A stretch of 64,000 nucleotides of DNA. Origin: an uncultured delta proteobacterium. GTDB lineage: Bacteria > Desulfobacterota > WTBG01. The position numbers were made by a program, and so were the translations under genes. Location of the stretch: the NCBI GenBank assembly GCA_963793865.1, contig CAWCBP010000014.1:256001-320000 (forward strand), given 5' to 3'. The notes under the pieces are model-generated. The model saw nothing but the letters and a program-made list of their open reading frames with translations. It did no database searches and had not been told where the DNA came from. Numbering within the stretch: position 1 is the first letter of the stretch; each line of letters starts with the position of its first letter. Shown piece after piece: positions 32,639 to 42,163 of the stretch.

Positions 32639-33508
32639 ATGTTTGTCGGCATTCTCTACACGCTTACCACCGCCCTGCTGGTTGCATCTGCTGATGCCCT
32701 TTGCAAAAAGGCCTCCCGGCAGCAGTCAATATACGGGGTCTCACTTTCACGGTGGTTATTCTCCCTCCCCGTACTCTGGCTCATGACCTACCGGATGGAA
32801 TTCCCCCGGAGCATAAGTCAGCAGGTGATAATCCTGACCGCCATTCTCATCCCGCTCGAGATCACGGCGATGATTTTATATATCAAGGCCCTCTCCCGGT
32901 ATGATCTCTCCATGACCGCCCCGCTCCTTTCCCTCACGCCCCTTTTCCTGCTTATTACCGGTTCCGTTTTCCTGGGAGAGACCATAACCATCACCGGTGT
33001 CGCCGGTGTGCTGATTGTCCTTCTGGGCATCTACGTGATGAACATCTCGCATCTCAGGGAAGGCGTGTTCGCTCCCTTTAGGTGCCTGCTGAAGAACGAG
33101 GGTGCCGTGCTGGTAATCATTGTCGCCCTCATTTACACGGTTACCTCCACCATGGGAAAGAAGGTGGTAACGCTCACCGGCTCCAGCTTTTTCAGCTTCT
33201 GGTATCTGTTTTTGCTCAGTTTCGCCATCATCCCGGTGATGTACTGGCAGGGTGAATCACCCTTTCAGATATTCAAGAATTTCAAAATAAATTTTCTCAT
33301 CGGAACCCTGGTGGGATTGGCAACCTTCACCATTTTCACGGCATACAATTACGCGCCCATTGCCTATGTGATCGCGGTGAAGCGAACATCGATCATTTTC
33401 AGCGTGCTCCTGGGCAGGCTGGTGTTCAAGGAACATTTCTTCGGGCAACGGGTGGTCGGGGCGGGGATTGCCTTTGCGGGCATTATAATCATTATTTTCA
33501 GCCCCTGA
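32639..33508 (+). CDS. EamA/DMT family transporter
   Basis: About 10 TM helices in two repeats; S..APL.SLTPLF..FLGE and KRTSIIFSVLLG..FKE. Confidence 0.88.
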   Translation: MFVGILYTLTTALLVASADALCKKASRQQSIYGVSLSRWLFSLPVLWLMTYRMEFPRSISQQVIILTAILIPLEITAMILYIKALSRYDLSMTAPLLSLTPLFLLITGSVFLGETITITGVAGVLIVLLGIYVMNISHLREGVFAPFRCLLKNEGAVLVIIVALIYTVTSTMGKKVVTLTGSSFFSFWYLFLLSFAIIPVMYWQGESPFQIFKNFKINFLIGTLVGLATFTIFTAYNYAPIAYVIAVKRTSIIFSVLLGRLVFKEHFFGQRVVGAGIAFAGIIIIIFSP

Positions 33509-33565
33509 TGATTGTCCGCTCAGCGGTTCGGGTGTACTGCCCACGGCGCCGCCTGAAAGTTTTAC

Positions 33566-33747
33566 TTGACAGTATGGGATATTATGTGATAAGGATCAAT
33601 CAATTGCGCAATTGCAGTTATGTTGCTTCAGTCTTTCAGTTGTTAGAAAGATGAGAAAACGGTTTCTTGGACCATTTCCTTTCTACAGTGAAGATGAGGA
33701 GTAAGTAGCTTCAATTTAATCTGTAATGGAAGGAGGTGGTTGTTGTT
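33566..33747 (+). promoter_or_regulatory. Candidate promoter (-35 TTGACA) and long 5' leader of the cold-shock gene
   Basis: Perfect TTGACA at 33566 with only a weak -10; long untranslated leader as is typical for csp genes; AGGAGG RBS. Confidence 0.4.
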
Positions 33748-33948
33748 ATGGTGAAAGGAACCGTTAAATGGTTTAACGAACGGAAAGGCTTCGGGTTCCT
33801 GTCGCAGGATGATGGAGAGGATGTTTTCGTACATTACTCCAGCATTCAGGGTTCAGGATTCAAAAACCTGGCTGAAGGGCAGGCTGTAGAGTTTGAAGTA
33901 CAGACGGGGCCCAAAGGGTTGCAGGCGGTAAACGTGAGAGCCCTGTAA
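33748..33948 (+). CDS. cspA: Cold-shock protein (CspA family)
   Basis: GTVKWFN..KGFGF (RNP1), DVFVHYS (RNP2) and GPKG.QA.NV. Confidence 0.96.
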   Translation: MVKGTVKWFNERKGFGFLSQDDGEDVFVHYSSIQGSGFKNLAEGQAVEFEVQTGPKGLQAVNVRAL

Positions 33949-33976
33949 GCGATGAAAGGTTGCTTAGCTGACCGAG

Positions 33977-34009
33977 AAAAGGGCAGTCATCAAATGACTG
34001 CCCTTTTTT
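33977..34009 (+). terminator. Rho-independent terminator
   Basis: AAAAGGGCAGTCAT-CAA-ATGACTGCCCTTTTTT perfect stem with T-tract. Confidence 0.9.
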
Positions 34010-34381
34010 GTAAGGGTTCAAGACAGCATTGTATGTGCCCGCACTCTTTGAATCGCCGCGCTTTAGAGGGACCAATGGTTGTGCTGTAAATCCCGCGCAG
34101 GGGCTTTTCATCCACATGTTTTAAATCATCATCGCTTCGAAGTTCGCGCCTTTTTCCTGATTGCCGCGGCTGCTCATCCCCTCTGTGAAATATCTTGCAT
34201 GCTGAAATCAGCGGTTAATGACCGAGCTGTGCGGAGTACCCTGTCCTCACAGTCAAGGTGGAAAAGTGCGGCTTCGGGATAAAAGAGCTTTAATTTATAC
34301 AGTATTGTGCCGAAGAACTATCTCATGCAAAAAATCGCCGGCATGAATTAATGAGCTATCATCGAGAAGAACGGCACAGGG

Positions 34382-37300
34382 ATGTTCATGGATCAAAACG
34401 GTTGTACGGATTCCGGTAAAACGCTCCTGCTGCAGTCGATGGTATACGTGGCCGCTGCCTGTGCCATTGCCTTGACCGGCATGGCGGTCCAGACTGCAGG
34501 GGGCAGTGCCTTCCCCCTGGTGGCATCATTTCTCGCCATTCTGGCATCCGGGATCATCAAATATGGCTTGACGCGTTCCTGCCTCACCACGGCTGAGGCC
34601 TTACAGGACGGCCTGGTCGTGGGGCTGCTTGCGCTTTCATCCGACCCGGCCATGAAGGTCTGGCAGGCCCCCTCGGAGTGGCTCGACCTCTTGTCCCTGA
34701 CCAGTCCGGTTGCCGGAATTGCCGGCATCGTTTATCTTGCGCTGGTTGCCTACCGGTTTAAAAACACCGGCCGTCACCTTTCAGCGGCCGCCGGATGTTT
34801 TTTTGTGCTGGCCCCCTGTCTTTTTAACTGCCTGCTGCTTTTACAGTCACCGCCCATGCTTCAGCGCATAGGAAGCTATCTGGTCTGGGGCGCGCCGGCA
34901 TCACCGGAGCTGCTGCAATGGCTGGGTACGGCCGTCGTACTGGTGGCGGTCAATGAAGCGGTTGCGGTCGGCCTGCATGTGCTGTGCGCGGGCAGGGTAT
35001 GCACTGATGCGCGCCTGCACCTGCTGCTGATTGGAAGCGCGCTGCTGGCATCGACAACGCCCTCCATTGCCCGCTGGGGTTCAGGCGCCCAGCCGGCATC
35101 GTTACCTCCTGTTGCGGGGACGGTGGTCGCGATTGCCGCTGCCGTGCTTTCACAGGCGGGACTCTGGGCACAGACATTTTTGATCACCGGTCTGATCATG
35201 GATGCCCTGAACGCGAAAAATCCCCTGTGGTACCGGGGTTCCGGGCATTTCAGCGGAGGATTTATAAAAGGTGCGGTCTACAGCCTTGTATTTATGGGGC
35301 TGGTCCATTCCATAGCCGGACTCATCTGCCTGCCATCGGCCCGTTCGTCTCTCGCTGCCCATCCGCTGCTCAGCGCCTGTCTCTTCGGCGCCATCCTTTT
35401 CCCCCTGCTCAAGACCATTATAGAGAGCTTTGACGGCGACAATCACTTTTTCCAGCGTCTGCGCAACAGTTATGCTGATTACAACGGCTTCCTGCGCGGT
35501 GCCGCTGTCGGCGCCGGTGTCGCCATCGCCCTGCAGTCCGGACTGCCGGCAGCGTCCGGCCAGTTCAGATGGCTTTATGGATTCGGAGCAGGGGCGGCCG
35601 CCTACGCACTGGTTGATCTGCTCCGCGACACCCTGCATATCACGGTACTGGGAAAACGGCTCAGGCTGCAATCGTGGCGCGTCTACGCCGTAGAGGCGCT
35701 GCTCGGGGGATTGGCGGGCGGAGCGCTGGCCTGGTATGTTGACCTGCTCCAGGTCGAGGTCATCACAGCAAAATTTAAAAACTATGCCGCGCTTTATTAC
35801 GCCGCTCAGGGAATCCCCGTAAAGGAGTACGTGGTCTACCCGCTTTTCAGCAAGTGGGGTGCCATGAACCTCGGTGAGGTGAGCGGGGGAGTGAATCTGC
35901 TCTTCTGTGAAACCCTTTCAGGGGTGATCAACTGGTCGATTGCCGCACCCCTGTTCAGCGTAAACCTGGTGCTGCTCAATGCGCTGCTTAAGCGCAGCAC
36001 CGCGCCCTTGAGGCACCTGTTCACCAGGGGCGGGCTGGTGGAGGTGGCCGAGCAGGCCTTCCGCGTGCAGCGCTGGGGTCTGTGGATGGCGCCGATCATC
36101 TATTCCTTCCTCAGGATGGCGCCCGACCCAACCTGGTATAATCAGGATGGGGCCGTTCGCACGGCGGTGGCCACCTTCAAGCAGGTTGCCGCATCTCCCG
36201 AGGCCTTCCGCGCCTGGAGCCTGCAGACCTTCGTCAACCTGCTTGCCTTCGACTGGCTGCGCATCGCCATCTTTATCGATCACATGGGCTTGCGGGTGGC
36301 AACACTGGTGAACCTCTCCTTTGTGGGAGCCGACATCATTGATGAGAAGACCGCCCGCTTTTTAGGCCATTCGGCACGGACGCGCGTCATTGCCGAAGGG
36401 TTGCGGCGCTTTGTAACCTGGGCCCCGCTGCTCCTTCCCTTCTACCTTCCCCGCGGCGCTGACTGGGATTATGCCTGGGGCCAGGCGGCCGCCATGAGTG
36501 CCGCCCGCGACGGCGAGCTGTTATCACCGGGAATGGTTGCAACCGCCTTCCTTGCCTGCACTCTGGCCGGTGGTGCGGTGATGCTGGGCCGCCGGCTTCG
36601 AGAAGGAAACAGCCGCGGGAACGTGCCTTCAACACAAGTCCTCCACCCCGCGTCAGCGCCTGCTGCTGATCCGCTGGTTGTCAGCAACGGTCTGTACACG
36701 CTGACGGTGGCTCCTGACGGAAGGGGGTGGAGCAGGGTGTACAGTTCGGTTAATAAGGGCAGGGAGCTTGACATTACCCGCAGGTCTTCTGACCCCCTTG
36801 ATCCCTGCGGCAAGTTCTTCTTTCTGGTTGACGCGGAGCTGCCGTCTGACGCGAAGGAGCGCGCCTGGTCGCTGTGCTGTCAGCCCATATGCCGGCCCGG
36901 TCAGGAAAGTTCCCTGGCCAGGCGTGATCATGAGTCGGTGGAGATGCGCAGCTCCTGTAACGGGATACGCGCTGAGGCCACCGTCGGCGTTGACCCCCGT
37001 CTCCCGCTGGAGTTGTGGACCGTGCGCCTCTTCAACAGTGAAGGGCGAAGCCGCCTCATTGAACTCACCAGCTATCGGGAACTTGTGCTCAACGCGCATG
37101 ACGCCTATCAGCGGCACGGTGATTATAACAGCATTCATATCGGCACGTGGTTCATCCGGTCGCTCTCCGCGATTATTGCCCGCAATCGACTGCTGAAAGG
37201 CGGCGCCGGCGGACCCGCGGGAGGCGGGTTGTCCCCGGAGGTGGCATTTCACGCGGTGCGCGTGAGAACGGCTGATACGGTGACACTTGCCGGATACGAG

Positions 37301-40006
37301 GATTCACGGGCATACTTTATCGGCAACTCCACCCTGCGCAGGCCGCAGGGGCTGGAGAAAAAACTGCGTGATCCGGGAGATGAAGGTCTGCTCTATACCT
37401 TTGATCCCTGCGCCTGCCTGCGCCTGCGGGTCAACCTTCCGCCCGGCGGCACGGCCGAGCTTGTCTTCGCTGACGGTTACGCGGAGGGGATGTCCCGGGC
37501 GGCGGAGATGATTACGCACGCTTTCCGCATGCCGGAAACAGAGGATGGTTCGCTCAATGCTGCGCTGGCAAAAAAGCGGGTGCTCCACGGCTTTGCCCCC
37601 GCAATAAAACAGGAGGGTGAGACGGAAAGAAGCCCGCGGGCACATCTGGTGGAAATATCCCCCTTTTCATTTTCCACCGATGGAACCGAGCTGCAGGTGG
37701 GATGGAATACCGCCCGGCCGTGGGCACATGTCCTTGCCAATAAGCTCGGATACGGGGTGATGGTGACCAATCAGGGCGATATCTACTCGTTCATGGGCAA
37801 TGCCCAGCAGAACGGCCTCACGCCGCTGTCCACCGTTTCCATACCGGTGCAGGTCCCGGGGCAGGTTCTTTACATTCAGGACACCGCTACCGGCGACATC
37901 AACGGCCCTGCCTTTGCGCCGTTCAACCGGACGGACGGGTCCGCCACCGTCACCTATGGTCGCGGCTATGCCGTTTTCCGAAAAAGCAGCCGGGATGCGG
38001 ACATGGAGCTCACCGTGAGCGTGCTTCCCGATGAGCCCGCCGAAGTGCGGCTGCTGCGCATTTACAACCGGACCGATGCCGCCCGGACCTACCGGGTCCT
38101 GCCCTACCTGCAGATGATGCTTGGTGAAATCCCCGGTGATACCCGGGGGGCTATCAAGGCCGGCTATGACGAAGAACTGAAGGCGCTCTTTTTTACCAAC
38201 TCCCGGAATGATTTCCAGAGGGGCTTTGCCTTTGTGGCCACCGGACTCGACGTGCAGGCATATGAGACGGTGCGCTCACGGTTTATAGGCGGGCCGGGGC
38301 GAGACCTGGCCAATCCCTACATGGTGGAGCATGGCAGGGCTGACGGGACCATGCCCGATGACGGCTATACCATCGCCGGCTTTGCGGGAACCCTCACCGT
38401 GCCGGCACATGGCCAGGGAACGGCGGTGATGGTGGTTGGTTGCTGCCGGGACCGGGCTCGGGCGGAACGGATTATACGCACCTATTGTGACCCGCCGGCG
38501 TCTCAAACCGTCCGCAAGAAAACAAATGAGTGGTGGTCTGACATGCTGTCGGTGCTGCGCATCGAAACATCCGATCCGGCATTTGCCCGCCTGGTGAATG
38601 AGTGGTTGCCCTACCAGGTGCTGGCGTCCCACCTCTGGGGGCGGACCGGTCCCAACCAGCGCAGCGGCGCCTATGGTTTCCGGGATCAGCTCCAGAGCGT
38701 GCTGCCGCTTCTCTACCTCCACCCGGAGATTGCACGCGAGCAGATTCTCCTGCACAGCGCGCAGCAGTTTTACCGGGGCGATGTGATGCAGTGGTGGCAC
38801 CAGAGCTGGGAAGGGAAGACCGGCCTGGGCGCGCGCAACCGCACTTCCGACCCGCACCTCTGGCTTCCCTATCTGGTCTACCATTACGTGGAAGCGACCG
38901 GGGATCTTTCCATTCTCCAGGAGGAGGTGCGTTTTCTGGAAGGAATGCCCATTCCCCGGCGCGCTGACGGGATCGCTTTCGCTCCGCGGCGGTCGCGCGA
39001 CAGCGCTTCCCTCTACCGCCATTGCATGCGGGCGATTGACCTGACGCTCGGGCGGTTCGGCGCGCGCGGGCTGCCGCTCATGCTCAGCGGCGATTGGAAT
39101 GACGGGCTGAATCTGGTGGGACGCCGGGGCAGGGGCGAGAGCACCTGGCTGGGTTTTTTCCTCTATGACATTCTCACCCATTTTTCCCGACTCATCGACC
39201 TCATGGAGGGGCATGCCAGAAAAGATCAGTACGGCGAGCGGGCGACGAGGCTCAAGGAGGCACTCAATAAACTCATTCGCGATGGCCGGTACCCCCGTGC
39301 CGTCACCGATGACGGCAGGCCCCTGTTTTTCAGCGATGCCCTGAGCGCGGCGTGGCCGGTGATTTCAGGCGTGGCGGATTTCAAACAGGGGGCATGCAAC
39401 CTTGAGCGGACGCTTGAGGACCTGGAGACGGATCACCTGGTGCGCCTGCTGTACCCGCCGTTTGAAGAGGAGTCGGAGATCTATCCGGGCAAGATTGCGG
39501 ACTATCCCCCCGGGGTGCGCGAAAACGGGGGCCAGTACTCCCACGGCGCGTCATGGCTGGTTGACGCCCTGGTGCGACTTTCTGAAATGGCGGCGGCCGC
39601 CGGAGACGGGGAGGATGAAAAACGCTACCGGGAAAAGGCGGTTGATCTGTGGATGAAGATTTCTCCCATTGCCCATGTCACGGCTGATGTGATAGATTGT
39701 TACGGCATGCCTCCCCATCAGCAGCCCGCGGATATTTACTGCGGTTACGGCTACGAGGGCAGGGGGGGCTGGAGCTGGTATACCGGCGCCGCGGCGCGCA
39801 TGCTCTGTGGAGCTTATGCGATTCTCGGCCTCAGGATGAAAGACGGCACGCTCTCCATCCCCGACAACCTCTTTGAGCCGCGGGGCTCGCTGCAGGTGAA
39901 GCGGCTGATCTATAAAGGTTCGGAGTGCGTGGCCGGAACCGCGGAAAACGTCAAGGCCGAACCGGGCACCTGTGCCGTGCTGCCGCTTCGTTCAAAAAAG
40001 CGCTAA
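34382..40006 (+). CDS. Polytopic membrane domain fused to GH94 glycoside phosphorylase (NdvB/Cgs C-terminal or SOGP-like)
   Basis: About 740 hydrophobic N-terminal residues, then two beta-sandwich domains (SNGLY.., PWAHVLAN..) and a catalytic barrel with SGAYGFRDQLQ, GDWNDG, RENGGQYSH and GGWSWYTG. Confidence 0.85.
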   Translation: MFMDQNGCTDSGKTLLLQSMVYVAAACAIALTGMAVQTAGGSAFPLVASFLAILASGIIKYGLTRSCLTTAEALQDGLVVGLLALSSDPAMKVWQAPSEWLDLLSLTSPVAGIAGIVYLALVAYRFKNTGRHLSAAAGCFFVLAPCLFNCLLLLQSPPMLQRIGSYLVWGAPASPELLQWLGTAVVLVAVNEAVAVGLHVLCAGRVCTDARLHLLLIGSALLASTTPSIARWGSGAQPASLPPVAGTVVAIAAAVLSQAGLWAQTFLITGLIMDALNAKNPLWYRGSGHFSGGFIKGAVYSLVFMGLVHSIAGLICLPSARSSLAAHPLLSACLFGAILFPLLKTIIESFDGDNHFFQRLRNSYADYNGFLRGAAVGAGVAIALQSGLPAASGQFRWLYGFGAGAAAYALVDLLRDTLHITVLGKRLRLQSWRVYAVEALLGGLAGGALAWYVDLLQVEVITAKFKNYAALYYAAQGIPVKEYVVYPLFSKWGAMNLGEVSGGVNLLFCETLSGVINWSIAAPLFSVNLVLLNALLKRSTAPLRHLFTRGGLVEVAEQAFRVQRWGLWMAPIIYSFLRMAPDPTWYNQDGAVRTAVATFKQVAASPEAFRAWSLQTFVNLLAFDWLRIAIFIDHMGLRVATLVNLSFVGADIIDEKTARFLGHSARTRVIAEGLRRFVTWAPLLLPFYLPRGADWDYAWGQAAAMSAARDGELLSPGMVATAFLACTLAGGAVMLGRRLREGNSRGNVPSTQVLHPASAPAADPLVVSNGLYTLTVAPDGRGWSRVYSSVNKGRELDITRRSSDPLDPCGKFFFLVDAELPSDAKERAWSLCCQPICRPGQESSLARRDHESVEMRSSCNGIRAEATVGVDPRLPLELWTVRLFNSEGRSRLIELTSYRELVLNAHDAYQRHGDYNSIHIGTWFIRSLSAIIARNRLLKGGAGGPAGGGLSPEVAFHAVRVRTADTVTLAGYEDSRAYFIGNSTLRRPQGLEKKLRDPGDEGLLYTFDPCACLRLRVNLPPGGTAELVFADGYAEGMSRAAEMITHAFRMPETEDGSLNAALAKKRVLHGFAPAIKQEGETERSPRAHLVEISPFSFSTDGTELQVGWNTARPWAHVLANKLGYGVMVTNQGDIYSFMGNAQQNGLTPLSTVSIPVQVPGQVLYIQDTATGDINGPAFAPFNRTDGSATVTYGRGYAVFRKSSRDADMELTVSVLPDEPAEVRLLRIYNRTDAARTYRVLPYLQMMLGEIPGDTRGAIKAGYDEELKALFFTNSRNDFQRGFAFVATGLDVQAYETVRSRFIGGPGRDLANPYMVEHGRADGTMPDDGYTIAGFAGTLTVPAHGQGTAVMVVGCCRDRARAERIIRTYCDPPASQTVRKKTNEWWSDMLSVLRIETSDPAFARLVNEWLPYQVLASHLWGRTGPNQRSGAYGFRDQLQSVLPLLYLHPEIAREQILLHSAQQFYRGDVMQWWHQSWEGKTGLGARNRTSDPHLWLPYLVYHYVEATGDLSILQEEVRFLEGMPIPRRADGIAFAPRRSRDSASLYRHCMRAIDLTLGRFGARGLPLMLSGDWNDGLNLVGRRGRGESTWLGFFLYDILTHFSRLIDLMEGHARKDQYGERATRLKEALNKLIRDGRYPRAVTDDGRPLFFSDALSAAWPVISGVADFKQGACNLERTLEDLETDHLVRLLYPPFEEESEIYPGKIADYPPGVRENGGQYSHGASWLVDALVRLSEMAAAAGDGEDEKRYREKAVDLWMKISPIAHVTADVIDCYGMPPHQQPADIYCGYGYEGRGGWSWYTGAAARMLCGAYAILGLRMKDGTLSIPDNLFEPRGSLQVKRLIYKGSECVAGTAENVKAEPGTCAVLPLRSKKR

Positions 40007-40030
40007 CCCCTTACCGTTGAGGAAACGCCC

Positions 40031-41629
40031 ATGATCCAGACCATCACCCGGTCCGCAGTCCTTCGCTTCATTGCGCAGCTTGTGAAAACGAGATGTGCGC
40101 TTTCAGTCCTGATCCTGCTCTGCGCGTCCGTCGCCGGCAGGGGTGTGTCATATGCGCAAACGGATGCCGCGTTCGGGCTGGAGACGGTAATACAGCAGGC
40201 CCGCACACTGTCGCAGGCACCCTACCGGGACCCCAAAGGAGAGGTTCCCGCGTGGCTGCTTAAAATAAGCTATGATCAGATGCGCGATATCAGGTTTATG
40301 CCCGCCAGGTCATACTGGAGAAATGACGGACTTCCCTTTGAACTGCAGTTTTTCCACCCCGGTCTTTATGTTGACCGGACGGTGAAGATCCATGAAGTAA
40401 CCGAAAAGAGCGTACGCCCGATTGCCTTCTCGACAGATCTGTTCGTGTATGAAAAGAGCGCCGCGGAGCTCAAGGCCAGGATCCCGTCCAACCTCGGTTT
40501 CGCGGGGTTCCGCATCCATTATCCCATCAACACCCTGGCCTATAAGGATGAGGTGGCGGTTTTTCTTGGCGCCAGCTACTTCAGGGCTGTCGCCCAGGGG
40601 ATGCAGTACGGTCTTTCGGCGCGCGGTCTGGCGGTCGATACCGCCCAGCCCTCGGGTGAGGAATTTCCCTATTTCCGCGAGTTCTGGGTGAAGCGGCCGG
40701 GTCCCCAGGACACCCATATTACCGTCTACGCGCTGCTTGATGGCCCCCGCGTCACCGGGGCCTATTCGTTCGTAATCATTCCGGGCAAGGAAACGCTGAT
40801 GGAGGTTGCCTGTACCCTCTTTCTGCGCAAGGGGGTGGACAAGCTCGGTATAGCGCCCATGACCAGCATGTTCTTTTACGGGGAAAATGTGAACCAGCGT
40901 CCCAAGGACCTGTTCCGTCCTGAAATTCATGATTCCGACGGCCTGATGATAAACATGGAGAGCGGGGAATGGGTCTGGCGTCCCCTCTCCAATCCTCACG
41001 GGGTATGGGTAAATGCCTTTCAGGCCGATAGCCCCCATGGCTTCGGGCTGATACAGCGGGACCTGAATTTCGATCATTACCAGGACCTGGAGGCCCGGTA
41101 TGACTACCGGCCCAGCCTCTGGTGTACCCCGACGGGGAAGTGGGGCAGGGGGTGGATTGAGCTGGTGCAGATCCCGGTCGATGACGAGATTTACGATAAC
41201 ATCGTAGCTTACTGGCGTCCGGCGGCCGCTCCACCCGGGGAGCCGCTAACCTACGCCTACACCTTAAGCTGGCATTATCCTGATGAGAGGAGACCGCCGG
41301 CAGGCAGAGTGGTGGCGACCAGGACGGAAACGGCAAAGCAGCCCGGGGTCAGGAAATGCGTTGTTGACTTTGAAGGAGATGCCCTGGCAGATCTCTCCGC
41401 CGGCGCGGGCGTTGAGGCCGTTGTGGAGATCGGCCCCGGCGCACGGCTGCTGGAGCAGCAGGTTTACAAAAATACCGTCACCGGCGGCTGGCGGCTGGTG
41501 TTTCACTTCCAGCCGGAGGCTGCGGTCGACGACCGGGGTAAGCTAAAGCCGCTCCTTGAAATGCGGGCGTTCCTGCGGCACGGTTCCGATGTGCTTACCG
41601 AAACATGGAGCTATGCGGCAGCCCTGTGA
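40031..41629 (+). CDS. opgG: Periplasmic glucan biosynthesis protein OpgG/OpgD (MdoG family)
   Basis: Signal peptide; QFFHPG; GFAGFR; FLGASYFRA; YGLSARGLAVDT; RPEIHDSDGL; DNIVAYW; LTETWSY. Confidence 0.93.
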   Translation: MIQTITRSAVLRFIAQLVKTRCALSVLILLCASVAGRGVSYAQTDAAFGLETVIQQARTLSQAPYRDPKGEVPAWLLKISYDQMRDIRFMPARSYWRNDGLPFELQFFHPGLYVDRTVKIHEVTEKSVRPIAFSTDLFVYEKSAAELKARIPSNLGFAGFRIHYPINTLAYKDEVAVFLGASYFRAVAQGMQYGLSARGLAVDTAQPSGEEFPYFREFWVKRPGPQDTHITVYALLDGPRVTGAYSFVIIPGKETLMEVACTLFLRKGVDKLGIAPMTSMFFYGENVNQRPKDLFRPEIHDSDGLMINMESGEWVWRPLSNPHGVWVNAFQADSPHGFGLIQRDLNFDHYQDLEARYDYRPSLWCTPTGKWGRGWIELVQIPVDDEIYDNIVAYWRPAAAPPGEPLTYAYTLSWHYPDERRPPAGRVVATRTETAKQPGVRKCVVDFEGDALADLSAGAGVEAVVEIGPGARLLEQQVYKNTVTGGWRLVFHFQPEAAVDDRGKLKPLLEMRAFLRHGSDVLTETWSYAAAL

Positions 41630-41706
41630 TGGCGGGCGGCATACGGGATAATACACACCTGCACAACCGGTATTACCGGTGGTCGATTGTATCTTTTGTC
41701 AATAGT

Positions 41707-41731
41707 GCCCCGCGGCTTGCTGCGGGGCGTT
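41707..41731 (+). terminator. GC-rich hairpin after opgG (possible terminator)
   Basis: GCCCCGCGGC-TT-GCTGCGGGGC followed by GTT. Confidence 0.45.
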
Positions 41732-41818
41732 CTATTATCTGCGCATCATTAACGACATTTCATTTGACAAAACCGCCTGAAATTCTTATGTGTCTTGTAA
41801 CCAATGCGGATTTGTATT

Positions 41819-42010
41819 GCGCGGGGTGAGGGGGCTTTTCAAGCCACAACAATTTGTTGGCAATTACGTGGGCCCCGAACTTGACATACCAGACAGGCAT
41901 TCCATCGCTCGATTAAGCTGTAAGGGTCTGCGTCGGCACAAGACGTAAGCAGTCGCCGTTCTACATCTGCGGACAAATTGTTGTGGCTTGAAAAACCCCC
42001 TCCCCCGCGC
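41819..42010. other. 192-nt element bounded by ~38-bp near-perfect inverted repeats (MITE or structured ncRNA)
   Basis: Left arm GCGCGGGGTGAGGGGGCTTTTCAAGCCACAACAATTTGT; right arm ACAAATTGTTGTGGCTTGAAAAACCCCCTCCCCCGCGC. Confidence 0.7.
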
Positions 42011-42016
42011 AAACAT

Positions 42017-42088
42017 TTCATCCTGCGACGGATCGAAGGATCCAATAATAAATACGAACTGGATTCCGCGGTCAAGCCGCAGAATGAC
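42017..42088. repeat. RPE4-like extragenic palindrome
   Basis: TCATCCTGCGACGGATCGAAGGATCC..GGATTCCGCGGTCAAGCCGCAGAATGAC. The reverse strand reads VILRLDRGIQ, resembling Rickettsia palindromic element 4 translations. Confidence 0.55.
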
Positions 42089-42163
42089 CTTGCCTGTAGC
42101 ATTCCTCATATGTGGTGGTGAGACTGATGCTCATGGATGTTAGCGATACACCGGCGCTGAAAT

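Noticed and set aside
34382..40006. Canonical cyclic beta-1,2-glucan synthase NdvB/Cgs (an RxxRW-like RVQRW occurs near 36062)
   Set aside because: The protein is far shorter than Cgs and the region around RVQRW is hydrophobic, with no visible soluble GT domain or D/DxD motifs. The match may be coincidental.
41819..42010. 6S RNA (similar length and rod shape)
   Set aside because: The terminal stem is too long and near-perfect, I see no recognisable central bubble motifs, and the usual zapA/ygfA context is absent. Not excluded without cmscan.
41630..42163. Cobalamin riboswitch upstream of cbiF-cbiG
   Set aside because: The characteristic GGGAA..GGTG.AA.TCC and B12-box arrangement is not evident; the space is occupied by inverted-repeat elements.
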